Positions 60,821 through 64,000 of a DNA stretch of 64,000 nt are shown one piece after another. Each line of letters opens with the position of its first letter. Position 1 is the stretch's first letter. Below the pieces are notes generated by a model. The model was given only the letters and a program-made list of their open reading frames with translations. It made no database searches and was not told the origin of the DNA. Source of the DNA: Azolla caroliniana (lineage: Eukaryota > Plantae > Polypodiophyta). The DNA lies in assembly GCA_043228905.1 (NCBI GenBank), contig JBHGNT010000002.1:6200001-6264000 (forward strand), read 5' to 3'. Position numbers and translations under genes: made by a program.

Positions 60821-61490
60821 AGGAATTACAAAACTATATTCAAAATAATTCTCTGTATGTTCTCTATGTACATACTTCGTGCTCAGTCAGCACCTTCTAT
60901 ACAAGCCCTGACTATTGGGCTGACACAAGTACTTACAATACTTGACTGCTCATAAATGAGCATCCTAAACTTACTCCCAAAATTATTCCTTACGAGGAAC
61001 AACACTCTAACGACCTCTCGGTTTAAACACCACCATGACCATATTTTGCGTACAGTTTTACGCACCTAGTCTATGCACTGGGTTACGCACCCAATGTTGA
61101 GCTTGTCTCTCAACACTCCCCCTCAAGCTCAACTTGAGATTCCTTCTGCTTTTCCAGATCTTCACTCCGGCCTCTCCTGACTTCATGCCTCACTCGTGCT
61201 CCTCGACCCGTTCGATTCCGTGCGCTTCGACCCTTCCGGTTGGTTTGTCTGCTCCTGCGGCCCTTCTCAGCTCCCTTGCTGTTGCGGTGTTGGCACCTCT
61301 TCCGCTATCCTTTTCTCCGCTTGGCCCTCAGTCGATTCGTAATGTCCGAATCGAACATTTCGATTAAATCGGTCATTTCCGATTCAATTCCTCTTTCGGC
61401 CAAATTGGTTGTCTCCAATTTGTCTTGTGTTTTCGGGCCCTTGACAACATTAGACCACGTCTTGGTCTTGGCCTTTGTGCCCTTCTTTGC
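60674..61490 (-). mobile_element. Copia 3' LTR (60674-61115) with PPT and 3' UTR
   Basis: TGTTG...CAACA, long (GA)n, PPT CTTGAGGGGGAG at 61116-61127. Same family as the LTR at 1708-2145. Confidence 0.85.
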
Positions 61491-61494
61491 GACC

Positions 61495-62960
61495 TATGAC
61501 AGGCTCAATATATTCAGATGCGAAGCCTACGAATTCATCCCCAGGGAGAAAAGGACCAAGTTGGCACCCCATGCAACAAAATGCATATTTCTCGGTTATG
61601 GAACCGATGGGGAATTCGGCTATCGACTACGAGACCTAGAGAACTGGAAAATGATCTGGAGTAGCGATGTAGTCTTCAATGAAGATCCAATTCTCTCTGA
61701 GAGGAACAAGCAAAAAATAGTTGGTAAAAAGGTATCCTTTGAAGTCGACAGAGATGTCGTAGAAGGACCGACTCACTGGGCCGAATCGGAGGTTCGACAA
61801 ATAGTCGAAACCGATCGAGCAATCGACACCCTTGCCGACTTCGAATTGACAAATGGTCCATTAGTCAACATATATTTGACTACAAGACTAACGAGAGGAG
61901 ATAGAGTCAAAAACATCATGTCTCCCAAATTGACTAAGGTTTCGAAAGGTCTAGCTAAACCGACCAAGACCCCACTCCCTTTGTTAGTCTATCCCAAAGA
62001 AGTGGAGGATGATTTGATATCGCCGAAATCCTATCACAAGGGTGAATCATCCCGAAGGACTCCTAAAGATGGTTTAAGTAATCCCAGTTGGCCGACTGAA
62101 TTGACTGAAGAGATCGAACTGACAAAATCAACCAGGAGACCTAAATGAGTTCGAATGCCAATAGAGTTCTATCAACCAGGCCTAGACTACGTCAACTAAA
62201 CGGATGTACGCAAACCGAGCTTCTACGAGGAAGCCATCCATGCCAGACGCTGACAAATGTCTACAATCCATGAGATCCGAGAGGGACTAAGTCCATCAGA
62301 ACAATACGTGGGAGTTGGTCGAACTATCACAAATATGTATCCGATTCGGAGAAGCCTAAATACAAAGCTCGGCTTGTCACGAAGGGATTCAAACAAGAAC
62401 ACGGGGTCAACTACGATGAGATATTCTCCCTAGTAGTCAAGATGACCACCCTTCAGCTCCTACTTGGGGTCGTGGCGATAGAAGACCTCGAGCTCGAGCA
62501 ACTGGACGTAAAGACGACATTTCTACACGAAGACATGGACAAAGACATCTACATGTGTCAACTGGCAGGCTTCACGGCGACGGGGGAGGAAGTTCACCTT
62601 GTATGTCGATTGAAGAAACAAGCGTTGAGAATGTGGTACGAGAAGTTCAACTCCTACATTCGGCAGCTTGGTTACCACCAGTCCGACTCCGACCCATGTA
62701 TGTATGTTCGGCAACCGGACGATGAGTTCCGGATCTATATAATCCTATATGTTGATGACATGTTGATTGCAAGAAGCAATCAAGCCTTCTTGCAATCAAG
62801 CCGAAATCGAAAAGCTAAAGTGGAGCCTTCACGACAAGTTCGTGATGAAGGAACTCAAACAAGCCTGACACATGCTGGTCATGAGGATCGAGTGAATCGG
62901 AAGACAAAGACTCTCCAACTATCCCAGTTTGACTACAAACGGGAGTTTGTTGGCATAAAT
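61495..62960 (+). mobile_element. Copia integrase-SH3/RT remnant
   Basis: KRTKL...KCIFLGYG...GYRL, YKARLVTKGF, QLDVKTTFLH, LYVDDML. Confidence 0.9.
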
Positions 62961-63234
62961 GGATGATTCCTTTCACATTGTATCCTAGTGTGAACACGTC
63001 TTGACATTAGGGCTTGAGTATATAAGCTCAAACCTAACATTGTAACTATAATCTTCTTGAATCTCTGAATGTAGAGTTATAGAGAGAGCGAAATAAGAAC
63101 CTCCATTAGAACTCCAAACTGAGCCTGCGTTTGTGTTTCTTCCTCTGTCATACTTTGTGTGTTGTTTGTTGAGCATAATACGACAGGTGTTCATACATTC
63201 TTCCGCGTGCATCTATCTCACAATATCTAGTTGG

Positions 63235-64000
63235 AATGTATGTTCACCAATGACAATATCTAGTTGTTGAATAAGCCCTATTGGTCGGACAATACTTGTA
63301 TCTGTCATTTGTAACCAGAAAGGACATGCCTCCCATTTTGTGATGCCCAGTCGATCATAGGTAGTCTTATTAATCAGATTGACTCCTAAACCACCATCTA
63401 CTATACTACCCGAAACCTCTTGGCCCTGAATGATTACCTTAATTGTTGGGCTTTGCTCGTACTTCCTGTATTTCCCACTCGGATTGTTTAGCTTGGCTTT
63501 GAGTGGTGATTTGTTGTACTTTTGCAGTTACCATATTTACTGCTAACACCTGTCCTTTGTCTTTCGTCGGACACTGATTTGCATAATGTGTATCTTTTCT
63601 ACAAATGTAGCAATTCAATATTGTCAGCCCACTGTATTCTCCATTCTCATAACGCAGTTGTCAAACATCTTCTAGTTCCTGCTCATCTCGGTTTTTAGAA
63701 TTATATTGGAATTGTCGAGAGGCCTTGAGTCGCCTATTATTGTCCTGTCTATCGTCACCAAACCGACGATTAGGTTGTCGATTGTCATCATTCCTCTTGG
63801 GATCACAAGACCTCCAATCATCATGATATCGATGACCTTTGTAAGAGCATCGATCATGTCTATCACGCCTTGGTGAATAATCACGGTCATAAGTGTTCCA
63901 ATCATCCCTCCTATACACATCTTGATGGTCAACTTCACATTGGTAATCATTGTAGCAATCATCTCGTCGATAATTGTCCCGCAATTCTAATCTGACCAAT
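63235..64000 (-). mobile_element. Gypsy gag C-terminus and protease remnant
   Basis: R/D-rich gag tail, degenerate zinc knuckles and VDGGLGVNLI...WEACPFWLQMTDTS (same family as 55750-56414). Confidence 0.8.

Noticed and set aside
1708-61115. Same-family copia LTRs at both ends of the window as one giant element capturing the genes
   Set aside because: Both LTRs face outward: the left one has its PBS and gag to its left, and the right one has its PPT to its right. They are also diverged, so they belong to two separate insertions.

Overview
Land-plant nuclear DNA, most likely from a seed-free vascular plant such as a fern. This is inferred from the retroelement lineages and the GA-microsatellite LTRs, not proven. 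Five intron-containing host genes can be reconstructed exon by exon: an ABI3/VP1 B3 transcription factor (-), ESCRT-III VPS2 (+), plastid ribosomal protein L34 (-), a PROTODERMAL FACTOR1-like gene (+) and mitochondrial ribosomal protein L28 (-). There is also a tRNA-Asn(GUU). Much of the rest is nested, decayed Ty1/copia and Ty3/gypsy elements (Tcn1-like chromovirus, non-chromoviral Tat/Phygy-like, a fungal-like and an animal-like integrase), DNA-transposon remnants and tandem repeats. The strongest unexplained signal is a 7.3-kb compound gypsy insertion (53220-60520). Both of its internal regions have a tRNA primer-binding site after the 5' LTR, but carry a copy of a tRNA-Arg 3' end (...GCGTGCCA) where the polypurine tract should be. 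That is the geometry expected if plus-strand synthesis were also tRNA-primed. Other items worth checking: tRNA-like Pol III A/B boxes inside LTRs, a largely palindromic 194-bp TG..CA element, spliced uORFs and intronic RY motifs in ABI3, and an L1 box upstream of the PDF1-like gene.
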